This document shows, in pieces, positions 48,385 to 61,251 of a stretch of 64,000 nt of DNA. The notes beneath the pieces are model-generated. The model did not search any database. It was not told where the DNA came from and saw only the letters and a list, made by a program, of their open reading frames with translations. Origin of the DNA: Puccinia triticina (lineage: Eukaryota); the NCBI GenBank assembly GCA_026914245.1, contig CP110439.1:3720001-3784000 (forward strand). Reading direction: 5' to 3'. A program made the position numbers and the translations under genes. The stretch's first letter is position 1. Each line of letters begins with the position of its first letter.

Positions 48385-50112
48385 CTGGCCAAGATGGCAA
48401 AGCCGGTAGACGATCGTCGCGTGTTGGGGCAGCTCCCCCAATCAGCATCGACAAATGCTTTAAGAGTGTTGTCGGTGTTTTTTAAGTAAGTAAGTCCGAG
48501 AGTCCTGGTCCCAGAGAGATAGCGGTATACCTGGACTGCGGCTTGATAGTGAAGGATGCCGGGATTTTTAAGGTACTGGGAGAGCAAGCTAACGGCGTAT
48601 GCTATGTCAGGCCTGGTTAGCACACTCAAGTAATTGAGAGAACCAATTAGGGTGCGGTAGTTGATGCCGAAACTCTGCAATTTCTTGCTGCGTCGCTCGC
48701 CTCAAGTAGGCTTTTGGATTGAGTGGACATGTGGCTGGATGCAGTTTGTCGAGCCCAAACTCCTCTAGTTTGCGCTCTATGAATTGGGCTTGATTGATGT
48801 GAAGCCCGGCGCTCGTGCGCTCAATGTTCATTCCTAACAGGAATTTTGCCTCGCCCATGTACTTGATTCTGAACTCTGCTTCCATCTCCCTTTTGAAAAT
48901 CGTAGGATTCTTGCTTATGAAGACAAGGTCATCAACATGGGCATAGACTAGAGTGTCTTCCCTTCCTTGAACACCCCACCGGAAGAAAACACATGGATCC
49001 GCTACAGAAACTGTGAAGCCTATGGTCTTCAGATAGGAAGAAAGTCGATTGTACCAGACTAGTGGCGCCTGGCGCAGACCATAAATAGCTTTCTTCAGTT
49101 CAAGAACGGTGTTCGGCGGTAGATCTAGTCCTGGCGGCGGCAGAAGGGTGACCTTGTCATTCAGGGGACAAGTTAATTGCGCTTCGCACATCGAGTTGGT
49201 GTATTTATAGACCGTTGTCAACCGCAAAGGAGAGAAGGAGCCTCAGAGAGCAGGGACGACCTGTTGGGGCGTACCTAGCCTCAAAGTTGATCCCGTAGGT
49301 TTGGCGAAAGCCTTGCGCGCAGATTCGCGCTTTGAACTCGGAGACTTGATTGTCAGGACCGAGCTTCTTGCGGAATGCCCACATAGCCGGAATTGGCAAT
49401 TCAGCAGGTATACGTGGTCTTTGCAGCCACACGTCGTGCTGTTTCATGTTAGCGACTTCTTTCAGCTCCGCCTCTTTCCAGTGGAGTGATTCTGCCGACA
49501 GCATTGCCTGGCGGTGGTTCTTGGGTTCAGCTGTGACCGTTGTGTGAAAGGCTTGTCGCCTAGAATAGTTGCGAATGTTTGCGGGATTGATGTCACTGGT
49601 TATTATTGTTGGGTGTCAAGGACCTATAACTTTGATAGATCGCGCTGAGATCGGAGGCTCTTGTGGAAGCTGAGTTTGGTCCGCAGAGTCTTGAACTTGA
49701 TTTGATTCTTCGTCCTGCTCATGCTCATCGTCGTCAATCCTGGGGCCCGGAGCCAGATCACTGAGAATTTGATTTATGTCGTCTAACTCCTCCTGATCTT
49801 CTTCCTCAGAGAGGCGCTGATTTTTGCGCTCGTCCTCCTCGGTGAAGGGAAGGGGATCAGATTTGGTAAAAGCAGGAAGCTTGTTTAGTCTGTAGACATC
49901 CAGGCTTCTGTTCAAGGCAGGGCAGTCTGGAAATGTTGATTCATCAAAGTACACTTGCTTGGAGGTTACGAAGGATTTGTCCGCAGGTCAGGAAATGCGG
50001 TAGGACAAAAATTTGTTGTCGTAGCCCAGCATAATCCCGTTGTAAAGCTCAAAAGTGCTCCTGAGAACCTTTTGCTGAGTGCGGAAAGGGATGAATGAGG
50101 TTACCTCTGCCT
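48385..50112 (-). pseudogene. Copia B integrase tail and reverse transcriptase, frameshifted
   Basis: MWAFRKK...FKARICAQGFRQTYG, LKKAIYGLRQAP, YAHVDDL, YRTLIGSLNYL..TRPDI, FVDADWGSCPNTRRSSTG. Confidence 0.92.
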
Positions 50113-50116
50113 TTCC

Positions 50117-51327
50117 TGGGTCACTAGACACTAAAACAAGCCCCCCAATCTACGATTGGAAGGTTTATGTAGTGATAGTGGAGGTGTATCGAAAGATAGC
50201 CTACGTCAAACAAGTGGCTTAGGGGATATGGGTGATGTAACCGGAGCTGAGTGAGTTGTGAGTTAATATGGTCCGTGTGTTGCCGCAAAGAGGTTGTGGA
50301 ACACCCTGACAGAGGGGTTGATGATGATTTAGCAATGTAATAGTGTTGTTGTATGTATGTATTTGTTATGTAATAAGGGTAAAACCACAATATAGTGGGG
50401 GCTAATACTGTAGAGTGAGCAAGTGTTGTACTGTTATGGGGTAAGCTGAGTGCAAGTAGTTTGCTGAGAGAAATTACAACTGGGGGGAGGAGAGCCTCCT
50501 TAAATAGAAAAGAGTGAGGGATTTTAGCTCCAGGGGAACCAGGGAATGAGGGATTTTAGCTGCCCTGAGCTGTCAAATGAGGGATTTTGGCTGGTGGTAC
50601 AGCCTAGATGAGGGAATTTAGCCCAATTGACAGGTCACATGATGTAATGATGAGGGAATTTAGCTGGTGAGAAAGTGGAGGTGAGAGGTTTGAGTTTGGC
50701 CTATGATGTCATTGACGTATGATGTCATTGGGTCATCTGATCATCTGTACTGCCCCTGTCTGTCAAATGATGACATACGAGGGAATTTAGCTAGCCTGAG
50801 CTGTCAACTGATGTTGTGTGTAAGCTGCATGAGGGGTTTTTGCTAGCTTGACACCTGCATGAACTGCAGCCCCTATTACACTAGTCTGCATGCACCTGCA
50901 TGAGCCTGCATAAGACTGCATAAGACTGCATAAGACTGCATAAGCCTGCATAAGCCTGCATAACACTGCATGACACGTGCATAACACAATGTAATGAGTG
51001 CAGCTGATGAGGTAAAGCATATGTAAAGGGTAGACAAGTGTCAGAGCGGACCATGTAACGGATTACATGGTCCCGGGTAAGGGTGGTTCATGTAACGGAT
51101 TACATGACCTGAGTATGGTGTTTGTGTGCGTGAAACTGGCTGATGGTGTCTTGAAGGGGTTGTATCTTCTGATCCAGAGGGGTGTAAGGTGTGTTGTCCA
51201 TGGTATCCTGTGTAGTTTTGGCAGTAGAATCCAATGGTGTTGCCGTATTGGTTGATTTGTGAGTGTACATATGAGAAAATGGAAAATTTTGAAATGGGCT
51301 AGATGGGTAACCATAAAGCATACCACA
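50117..51327 (-). mobile_element. 3' LTR of the Ty3/gypsy element
   Basis: Minus strand PPT AAGTTGGGGGAGGA|TGTGGTATG...CTAGTGACCCA. Contains 10-bp CTGCATAAGA repeats (about 50886-50970) and ATGAGGGA(A)TTT(T)AGC repeats. Confidence 0.7.
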
Positions 51328-53371
51328 TCCTCCCCCAACTTATCGTCTGTCCCCAGACAATTCTGTTTTGATTGTTGTTGTTATCCAAGGTGTAGAGTTG
51401 TGTCTTGATGTCTTGAAGTTTGTTGAAGTTAATTGTTGTCCGTGTATGAGGTGTTAATCTTGAGGTTTGATAGAGAAAAGAAAGGGAAAAGAAAGAAGAG
51501 AAAAAAGTTGTTGATTATTTATGTGTTTCAATTTGTCAATGTATTTTTATTGTCTTTTCTTATTTTTTATTATTGTTTTGTCTTTTTATTTGTTTTGTTT
51601 CTTGTTTTTATGTATGTATTTAATGAATTTTCTTAAATGAGGATTTGATGTTTAGCATATATAAAAAGTGGTAAGAGAGAGGGGGTAATTTAGTTTATTG
51701 TTTGACTTTTGTTGATGGGGTCGTGTAAATGTGAGTGTCTTGTCCTGGTTTGCGGCGAGGTAGCGCTATAGCGCTGCGCAGTACGCATGAGATCGCGCGC
51801 CAGTTCTGTAGCCATGTTTGGTGGTCGAGTAGTATTCCGGCTGCGGGTTCGAGTTCCAAGCCGCCTGAGGGGTTTAACTTGAGGCTACGCAAGCTGCGGC
51901 GCCCGCGTCTGTAGGTATGTCCTAGAGGGCCCCGGTAACCCATAGGTTTCCCGGGGCTCGGGTTCAAGTACAAAGTTTTGCCTGAGTCCAGGCTTCTGAT
52001 GAATCTCTGGTCGCGGACGCCGGTCTAATGCCGCCGATCATCCGTCGTCTTCCAACTGCCGCCGATCCGCCCTCGCCGAGTCCTTTTGATTCCGTTTCGA
52101 TATCCCTGCCGGTAGGGTGCGTATCCACATATGACCAGGCTTGTAGTCGTGCCTTTGACTGACAAGCCTCTTGATTGCTTGCCCAGGGAGGATACAAGAT
52201 CATATCCTCCCCCAACTCGAATTCCTTGACTTGCTGTGTATGAAAAAAACAAAACGTCTTCTTCCTCCGTCTTCGAATCGGATCGCCCGTCAAAATTATT
52301 GACTGACCCGTAATGTAGATTGGTTCCTTCTTTCTATGTGCGGAATCTGACCGTCTACTGATTGTAGAAGCTGACCCACTCCTGTCCTTGGGGTCCCAGC
52401 AGAAATGAGTAGCCATCAATCTCGTGTCCCGTCCGCAAAAATGGCTCCCTTCGGGAGAAGCTTGGTGTAAGGGTCCAGTGGACCCTCACTGGAGACGAGG
52501 AGGAAACGGGCGAGTGGGACAAGGCCAGAGACTTTGGAGCTTTCTAGTTCCAACGTGTACTGGATTTCAGGGGGCTAGCCAGTAGAGAGAAGGGTCCAAG
52601 ATCTCTCCTGGTCTAGGAGAGAAGAGAGGCAAGACTAAGTACAAGGAGCTTATGTAATCATGTGATAGGCCTTGTGAAACCACACTGAAGGTGGGGGTTT
52701 ACACTTGGGTCCCTATGTTTGTTCGCCGGTTAGCCTGGTGTTCAAGCTGGTGGTACCGTGCTCTGGTAGCCGCGGTCTCGTGTTTAAAGGCCAGAGCTTT
52801 TGTTCCCCCCTTCCTTTCCTTTCCCCAGCTGTCCATTCTATGCACAGTATTCCCCAGCGTCCATCTACACCCTACCCATTCCAGAACTCTACCCCTGCCC
52901 GCTTGAATCCTCATCATAATGTTAGTGTGATTGTACCGCGTAGTGATTTTGTTTTCCAAGGCTGATTTGAGTTTTTGCCTGTTGCTTAGTTCATCATGAG
53001 CAGTCCCTCCTTGTTGGAAGAGATTCCCATTCTTTTCCCTCGCCTCGAATCCCCTTTGATCGGCCGACTCGGTTCTCCTGGGGACCAAGGTCATCCCATC
53101 CCCGTTTCTCCCCCTACTCCTGTTGTTGGGCATGGGGTTGCTGTTCATGGTGGGCGCAGCGCTCGCGAAAGCCGCAGCGCTCGTGGAAGTCGCAGCAGTT
53201 GTGGAGGACGTGGTGGTCGAGGTAGCCGTGGTTTGCGTCGCGGTCATCCCACCCGTTTGTGCCGCCCGCCGTTCCGTTGAGGTGGTTATGTTCCTGGTGG
53301 AGCAGATGTAAGTGAATTTTGCTTCTTCTATCGTCCGTCATGCCTTGCTGAGACTAAGATTCCAATAGATC

Positions 53372-53839
53372 ATGTCGAACAACCGGGCTATCATTGAGGC
53401 TATGCCCCAACTTCCCCCTGTTTTTGCTAGTCATCCTCGCACTGCTACTACTAGCGGGAGCTTCATCACTCCTCTCTTTCCTAGTTGCTCCGCTTCTGTT
53501 TACTCGGCGAGTTCCGCCGCCACTGCGGAAGACTTCTTGACTCCTCAAGTCAGCGTTCCGTCTCCAAATCCTCCCGGTTTTTATGATCCTGCCGACTTTC
53601 ATCGCTTGACCCGCGACCAAGTTATATCCCTTCTAGATCGCCGATCCGCTCCAGAACTATTCGATCGATATGCGTTCGTTCCCCAATACATCGACAACCT
53701 TTACCAGTCCATCATGTCCGCCTTGGTGCACCACTTTCAACGTTTCCCCGCCGCCAATGCCGAAGAACGCGCTAGCCGAGTCAGCCTCTTCCGCTTCATA
53801 ACCCGTCGTTACCGCACTATGACTCGCCACACCGTTTGA
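53372..53839 (+). CDS. Hypothetical 155-aa antisense ORF in the gypsy 3' region
   Basis: Uninterrupted ATG-to-TGA ORF in GC-rich sequence, followed by a T-rich tract. No recognisable motif. Confidence 0.4.
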   Translation: MSNNRAIIEAMPQLPPVFASHPRTATTSGSFITPLFPSCSASVYSASSAATAEDFLTPQVSVPSPNPPGFYDPADFHRLTRDQVISLLDRRSAPELFDRYAFVPQYIDNLYQSIMSALVHHFQRFPAANAEERASRVSLFRFITRRYRTMTRHTV

Positions 53840-54399
53840 ACTGTACGTTTTTCTTTCTTCCTTTTCTTTTTGAAAAACACTTTCTGAAACCTGTTCTTGT
53901 ATTTCCTTAGTCCTATTCGCCTCTAGCTTGATGGACGACTGATCTCTAAGGGGTAAAATTTCCAGTAAAGCCAAAAAAATCGCCAAATAGTATAAAACCT
54001 AAAAAATCTTTATAGCTAAAAAAAACTTAAAAAAATTTGTCTTTTAGCCTATCTTACTGTTAGTTATTAGTTAAAGTAACCCAAAACCCCTCCCCCAACT
54101 TAAAAAGGTTGTCCCCAACCTCCAAGTGAGAGTGAGAACTTTATCAGAGAGAGTGAGCTTTGAGAGAAAAAAATGAGATCAGGATACCAATCTGAGGAAA
54201 TTTTGAGAGAAGTGAGAGCGCCTCCCCCAACTTAAAAAATGTGAAACCAGCAAGTTTTTTGTCTTTTTGATTATGTGTTGATTTTTGAAGTGTTTTGCTG
54301 AAATTTGATGTTCTTGAAGTGTTTTTTTTAATGCTGATTTTGAATTGATTTTTGAGTGTTTTCAGAGTTTGTGCTTGAGTTACTGAATTATAAAGAATT

Positions 54400-57300
54400 T
54401 GACCAGCTTAAGTATTGGTAGTTGAGGTTAAACAGAAAGGTTGAACAGTTTAGTCTCATGCCCAGGAGGTAATGCTCAATCAGAAGAATCAGGGTTTTCT
54501 TCATCAGAAGAGTGATGACTGTCTTCATCTTGACTATTGAGTTCAGAGTCTTGTTCATCTTCAATGACTTGATCCAGGGGTCGTCCTCAAGGATAAAACC
54601 GCTTAATGTGAGATGCTGCATAGTTTTGGTGAAGTTCCGTTCCATCCAATTCTTCGAGTACATAAGATCCTTTAGGTAGTTGATTCTTGATTCTGAAGGG
54701 ACCATTCCAGCGGTTCAAAAATAATTTTCCCCACTGATCCTCCAAGCTTTTATTGTAGATGAGTACTAGTTCGCCAGTGTCCAAAGGTCGCCGTAGTTGA
54801 GCTGCCATTTTTCTATCCCAGTATCTGACAGAAGCCTCTCTAGCTTTCATCATCTTAGTGTGAGCTTCTTCCAGAATTTCTTCCCGTTGTTCGAGTTGCT
54901 TTGCCCGAGCTTCCAAAAGTTGTTCTGTAGTTTTGATTTCTAACCAATCTATTCCCAAATAGGTGTCCATTTCCAAATCTACTGGTAGTACTGGTAGTTG
55001 TCCAAATACGAGTTCATAGGGAGTGAATCCAGTCGTCTGCTTTGTTGAGATCCTGTCCGAAAATAAAACTAGTGGAAGATACTCCCTCCACTTTCCACCA
55101 GATTCGCCACACATTTTAACCAGAGCGTCCTTGATGGGTCGATGTCCACGTTCAATCATTCCATTTGCCTCCAGATAGTGAGGTGTTGTAGGTTTTAGAG
55201 TTGCTCCAATACTTTTCACAGCTTCAATGAAGTCTTCTTTGAATTCCGCGCCGTTATCCACCGTGACTGTCTTGATTGAACCGTACCTGTAGACCCAGTT
55301 TTCCAAAAGAAACTTGGCTACATTGCTTGCAGTGAGTTTGACCAATGGGGCGGCCTCAACCCATCCAGATAAGTCGTCCCGTGCCACAATAAGATATTTG
55401 TATTGACCAGCTTTGATGTGACATGTGTCCAGAGCCACTCGTCCAAAGATGTAGCTATCCCCAGTCGCATTTCAAATTTCCCTAGGTACTGTTGGATCCC
55501 ACTTTTGACAAGCTTCACAGCTTCAAACCCAATTCTTGACCTTCTTCTTCAGGCTGGGCCACCAAAACCGAGTTACTAATCGCTGATAAGTTTCTTCTAT
55601 TCCACGATGCCCCAATTCTTCATGAACCTGTTGTAGCAGTTTTTCTTGATAAGTGTCCTTAGAGATTACTATCTGTGGAGAGGGTGAGTGTTTCCGCATA
55701 AGTCGTCCATCGCTACTGAAGAATTTAGCTGAGTTCCGCCGTAATTTTGCAAAATCCACTTTGCCCATTCCGTCAGGCGGTTCCAAAGTTTCCAGGTAGT
55801 GTCAAAGGTTCCTCCAATATCCTGGAGACTCCCATTCCTTGAGTTCTAGAATTTTTGATTGAGTGCAGATCCTAAATGTGTAACAGGGTTTGATTAGGGG
55901 TTCCTCCTCGTCAAAGTTGTCCAGGTCCATGTAGAATTCCTCGTCGTCGCTAGAAATAGGGCGCCTTGAAAGCCCATCCGGTAATGTGAAAGTTTTCCCA
56001 GGTTTATGAACTATGTCGTAAGAAAATAAATGAATAAATGACACCCATTGAGTCACAGGTGCATTGGGTAATGATGGAGAGTTTATCATCTGAATTAATG
56101 ACTTGGAGTCCACTTGGAGTTCAAAGTGCTCGCCCCAAAGGTAGATCTGTAACTTCTTCAAAACCCTAGCTACTCTGCACAACTCCAACTTAGGCTGAGA
56201 GTACCGTGATTCCACTGGTGAAAATACTATTGATTCGTAAAGTATAGGTCAATCCAATCCAGTTTCAAGTTCCTGTTGCATCAATACCGCACCCGCCGCT
56301 ATGAAGCTTGAGTCAACCACCAGTTTAATCAATCCTGCGTCCATTGAGTAGTCAATGCTCTTGAGAACAATGTCTTTGCCAATTATTTCCTTGAGTTGCT
56401 TGAAAGCTTGATCAAATTTATCCGTCCAAACCCATTCGGCGTCCTTCCTGGTGAGCTGTCGTAAAGGTGCTGCCTTCTCAGACAGATTTTCAATGAATAT
56501 CCGTACGTAAGTGATTATTCCTAGAAATCCGCAAAGTTCCGTGACATTTGAAGGTGTTGGCCAGGTTAATATTTTGTTTTTCTTTTGAGTAGAAACTTGT
56601 CGTCCAATCTGAGAAACCACGTGTCCAACAATGTCCAAAGCAGGAACGCAACAAGAAAACTTTTTCCCTGAAACTGTGAGTCCTGCTTCTTCTACCCTGA
56701 ATAATATCCGTTCCAATGTCTGTGCGTATTCCCAAATAAATTGTCTAATCCCCGGATTTTCCTTCAAAGTTTGTCCACCATAGGTTGTTCGTGGTTCTTT
56801 GATGCCGCCGTCGTCGATGAACACGCCCACATGTTCTGGAATCTCATCTTGCAAAATCCACATCATCTGAGCCTGATATACTGCTACTGAATTGGTTGCA
56901 CCTTGAGGAAGTCGAGTAAGCTGGAATCGTCCTAGTGGAGTGTTGAAAGTTGTGAGGGGCCTTGATTCTTCCGCTAATTCTCTTTTGTCGTATCCTCCCA
57001 TAATATCACCGAGTCCATAGCAAGCTCTTCCAGCAAAAGATTCAATGAATTCTTCTGTTGCAGGGGGCAAGCCAGCATCCTTGATTGTAACTTTGTTCAT
57101 TTCTTGTAGATCGTGTACGATTCTGAGTTTCCCGTCGTGTTTGGCAACACAAAACACTGGACTGGAGTAGCTTGATGTTGATGGTTTGTAAAGGCCGGTC
57201 CTAACTTGTTCCCGTACTAGTTCAGTGTATTCTTCTTTAATCGCCGCCGGAATGGGAATTGGTTTCTTCTGCCATGGAGTGTGTTCTACCACTAGTATGA

Positions 57301-60212
57301 CATAAGGTAAGCCATAAGAGTGTTTCAACAATCCACGTTCCGCTGGACAGAATGCAAGAGATTTTTGCCAAATGACAATGAGATGTTTAAACAGCTTGAG
57401 TTCCTCTGGCCAGAGCCATCCTTCAGGTCCAAAGTTGATGACTTTCAGGCGCTCTTCCGTGATTTTTGCTGTAGGTTGAAATTCTGGTGGATTAGGTGAT
57501 AAAGGTGTTTCGTAAGGATCCCGTGATAAAGCTGGTCGTTGAAGAGGTGGGTTGATCGATTGTGGCATGGCTTGATTGATAGGTCGAACTTTCTTGGCCA
57601 CTGGTTTGTACTTCGTCATACACCACATGTTTTCCTCCTTCCAACTCTTACAGAGATCTTTCTGTGCTGAAGCGCCTAGCCCGGTGGCTAACAAACTGTT
57701 TATTCGTAAATCTTCGTCCAGGGTTGGTGGTTTTGCCACAACCTGAGGTACAGGTTTTTCTTTTTCTGATTTCCTCCGCAGACGTAAACACATGTTTTTG
57801 ACCCAGCCCAACTTCTTTGAAATTTTAGTTCGAATCTTGACCGAGTCCGTGTCGTCCGAAAAGCGTGACTGATTTGAATGTTGTGTCATGTAAGCAGTTG
57901 TTTGTGCAGTCTGTGTGGGGCTTGGTCCTAAATGTTTTAACTGATTCCATCCTTGTCCTTGTCCAACTTTAGCTATTGGTACCGTAATCCTTCTTCCAAT
58001 ATCCCCTTGAAAGGATAGAAATTCGCCAGTCCCTGGATAGTCCAAAGTGCAATCGTAGTCAAAAAGGAAAGGCCGTCCGAGTATACATTCCTGAGCTTGT
58101 GGTGAAACAAAGAGGTGTACTGGTCCCGAGAATCGTCCAATTCCAATGGTGCAGTTTTCCACTACTCCTTTGATATCGCATCTTTCTCCGCCAATGCCTC
58201 TCATTGGGATCTCCACCTTAACTACTTCCAGGTCCAGATAAATAGCTGCCTGGCTTGGAATTACATTGACCATCAATCCAGAATCCACCATGAACGGTAC
58301 TTTGTGTCCGGAGATTTGAGTGTCGATAAATCCTAACGCGCAGCTATAGTAACAGTTGTATTCCGAATCTTCTTCCTCCTTGTTAAGTAACATTGAAGCT
58401 GAAACCTTGGGTTCCAATTTGTTCCCATTCACGTATGACATTGTAGAGGTTTTGTATCCAGGGATTCGAGCTTGGAGTTTGTTGATTACTTCTTGAGTGT
58501 AAGTTGGGGAGATTGCCATAAGTTGAGAAAAGGTAGTTGGTATCTTCAAGTTGTCCAGTTCAGTTACTAGAGCCGTTTCTGCTGAATTTTCCTTCTTTGA
58601 TGGCGTTGATTTCCTGTTAGGGTCCAAGATTTGGCCGGGAGTCTTCCTAGTTGCTGGAACTTCTTGAATAACTTCTTCCGGTCCGACTTCCTGATCCACG
58701 TCCATTGCCGAATCATCCGCTTGTGCCGGAGGTTTTCGTTGTCCACGGAGCGCTTCTGCTCTAGTTGTCGCGACATTGGATTCAAATTTTACTTTTTCAA
58801 AGTTAGCTGATCCAAGCCTTGGAGGTTCCCAGTCAATTTTGTGCATCAAAGAGGTACAGTCGGATTCTTGCTGGAGTCTTTCACTGTTGATTGAAAACAC
58901 TGCTGGATTATTGGTTCTGAATGCTGCCGTTACTTTTGCTTTAGGTTTCGTGGATTCCGCAGCCACCACCACACAAATAGGTCTTGAGTTGTCCGCTGGG
59001 ATCTTCTCTCCACTGGGAAGACAAAAGTCACGTCCGTCACGCTTGACTAAGCCTTCTCTTTTGTCCTTCTGAGCCTCATAACAAGAAAATGCTGAATGTC
59101 CTTCTCAATGACAGTAGGTACAAGGTTGGGGTTCGTATAGTCGTCCACTTGGCCTTTCATTTCCACGAGAATATTCCGCCTTTGGTGGGTTCACTAGCTT
59201 GCCAGTTAAAGCATCGATTGCTTTTGCCAGACTGTCGACTTGCTTCTGCAGCACCTCCGGGGGATTCTCTTCAACCATCTTTTCCCGTTTCTTGCTGTCG
59301 CCTTTCTTCTCGTCTAACTTCTTTTGCATTGCTCAATTAGCTTCACTGAAACCGCTTCCTACAAATGTTTCGTCTGCTGCAGCTCGGACTTCATCCTCAG
59401 CCACATCCATCAAGTCTTCTAGGTGAGGCGTCTTAGGATAACCATCTTTGCCGTAAGGAATCAGGTCCTGTTTGACCATCTCGTGTTTGATTGATTTCTG
59501 TAATTCTTTAGAAAATGCCATAAAAAATAGGTGAGTAACGTCTTGTTGGTCTCTAATGTGCTCATTAGCAACCAAATACTTTGTTATTAGTAAAATTTTT
59601 GATTTGTAGTTCTTGTATTCTTTGAAACCTTTAGGTCCACCAGTCTTCGCCTGTTCTTCCACAAAGTTTTGCAGGTCCCGAATGGTGAATCAAATTTTTG
59701 CATGGGTGTCACCCCATATTTCCTTCATGCTACGCCTGAGCATGTTCCAGTCCCGTTGTTCGTATCCGTCCATCGATTCCAGTTCTTGCTTCAGGTCTTC
59801 AGGCCCAACAAAGCTGCAAATCTGTCAAATCCTTCTGCTCCATAAACTTCCGCCGCCAGTTCAAATCGGTCCAGAAATTCCTTGAAGTTTTCTCCATTGT
59901 ATAATAAGTTTGCCGCTTTGATAATTATCACTTTTCTTTTAGGTTCCGTCCTGGTTGGGTTGTTTACTTTGGGGTCTTGAGGTAAGCCATATGTTCCAGG
60001 AGGGTGAGTCTGAGTGTTTTCTTGAGTAGTTCTATTGTTGGCCAACCATCCACGATAGGTCCTTGTTCAAGTGTGAGACATAGGTGGTGGAGGTAGTGGA
60101 TCAACATTCATTCTAGTGTTCTGACTGTTTTGAGTTCCATTGAATAGCCCGAGTGGATTTGGATTGTTTGCTGGTAGGACGTTTTCCAATTCTTCATTCT
60201 GTGGAAAAGCCA
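54400..60212 (-). pseudogene. Ty3/gypsy gag-pol (gag with CCHC knuckle, protease, RT, RNase H, integrase), multiple stops
   Basis: CTYCH*EGHSAFSC; FMVDSG; KLRIVHDL, LPQGATNS, FIDDGG; YSQPKLEL, DGLSRRP; HEELGH...CEAC, RDDLSGWVEA, VDNGAEF, NGMIERGH. Domain order PR-RT-RH-IN. Confidence 0.95.
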
Positions 60213-60428
60213 TGCCTGAGTTTTAACTGATTTCTGATCCTTTATGTTAGATGAGTCGTTCAATATTTGCTAGTAGTTGTCCTAAGGGTTGGTCTCTGGG
60301 TTTCTTCCAGGGCGAGTTGGGGGGGTTATACTAAACTAATAATAATACTAAAAAAACTAAATAGTATGATACGTTGTTCAAATATTCAGATTCGTAGAGG
60401 GTTATCACAACTAAAATCTGTCCGCAGT

Positions 60429-60447
60429 GAGTCTATGCCGGCTACCA
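60429..60447 (-). promoter_or_regulatory. PBS of the gypsy element; 5' LTR apparently missing
   Basis: Minus strand CCA GG TGGTAGCCGGCATAGACTC. The upstream sequence does not match the 3' LTR beyond a few bases. Confidence 0.55.
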
Positions 60448-61251
60448 CCTGGTAGTTAAAATCCAACACTGCAAAAATAACTTGGTCAACTACTTGCAGT
60501 TGACATGCAGGATACTCAAGCCAAGCTGCCATTGTAACTCCACATCAATGCAGAAGTGCCTTTGTTGGCACAGTCACTGTGCAAGGTGCACAGTGACTGT
60601 GCATTGAAGCTTGGGTTGAGTCAAACCTTGAGTAAGGCTGGTGTAAGACCACAAGCTTCCTCAGAGTTACCGCATGTCAACTGCTCACAGTTGACACAGT
60701 TTTTTTTGCAGTGCAAGTTTATTAAATTCACAAAAACATGGCAAAAAAGATCTAAGTTTTGGTGTGCAGCCACATGATGGCCACTGTTTAAAAAATTACC
60801 CCTGAACACTGTGTGCCATGGATAGACCCTCCAGCTTGTGACAGTGCAACAAGCAAAAAAGGGCCAGCATTTTTTATTCTCAAGCAGGGGCCTATCCAAG
60901 CGAAGTAGGGGGCCTGCAGGGAGGGGCCAGGACGAAACCGGAACCCCTGGGGGGACATTTGACAGCAGCTCCCCCTCTTTATATACTCAAGCTCAGCCCA
61001 TCCATAGGCGGCGAGTCGTGATTCCCTTGAAGACTCCAGCCGTATCCGGCGTCATGGCCACCATATCCTTGCCAACGCCACGCCTCCCAGTTCCACCCAA
61101 CAAAAACGCATGCGCGAATGTAGCCAGAGAAATAGAAAATTAAATTCAACGCAAATCTGACAACCAGTGTTAAAAAAAATATGTACATGGAAAAAAACGG
61201 TGGCAATGATTTGAAAATTAAGTAATAATGAATTGTAACTAGGATATGTGA

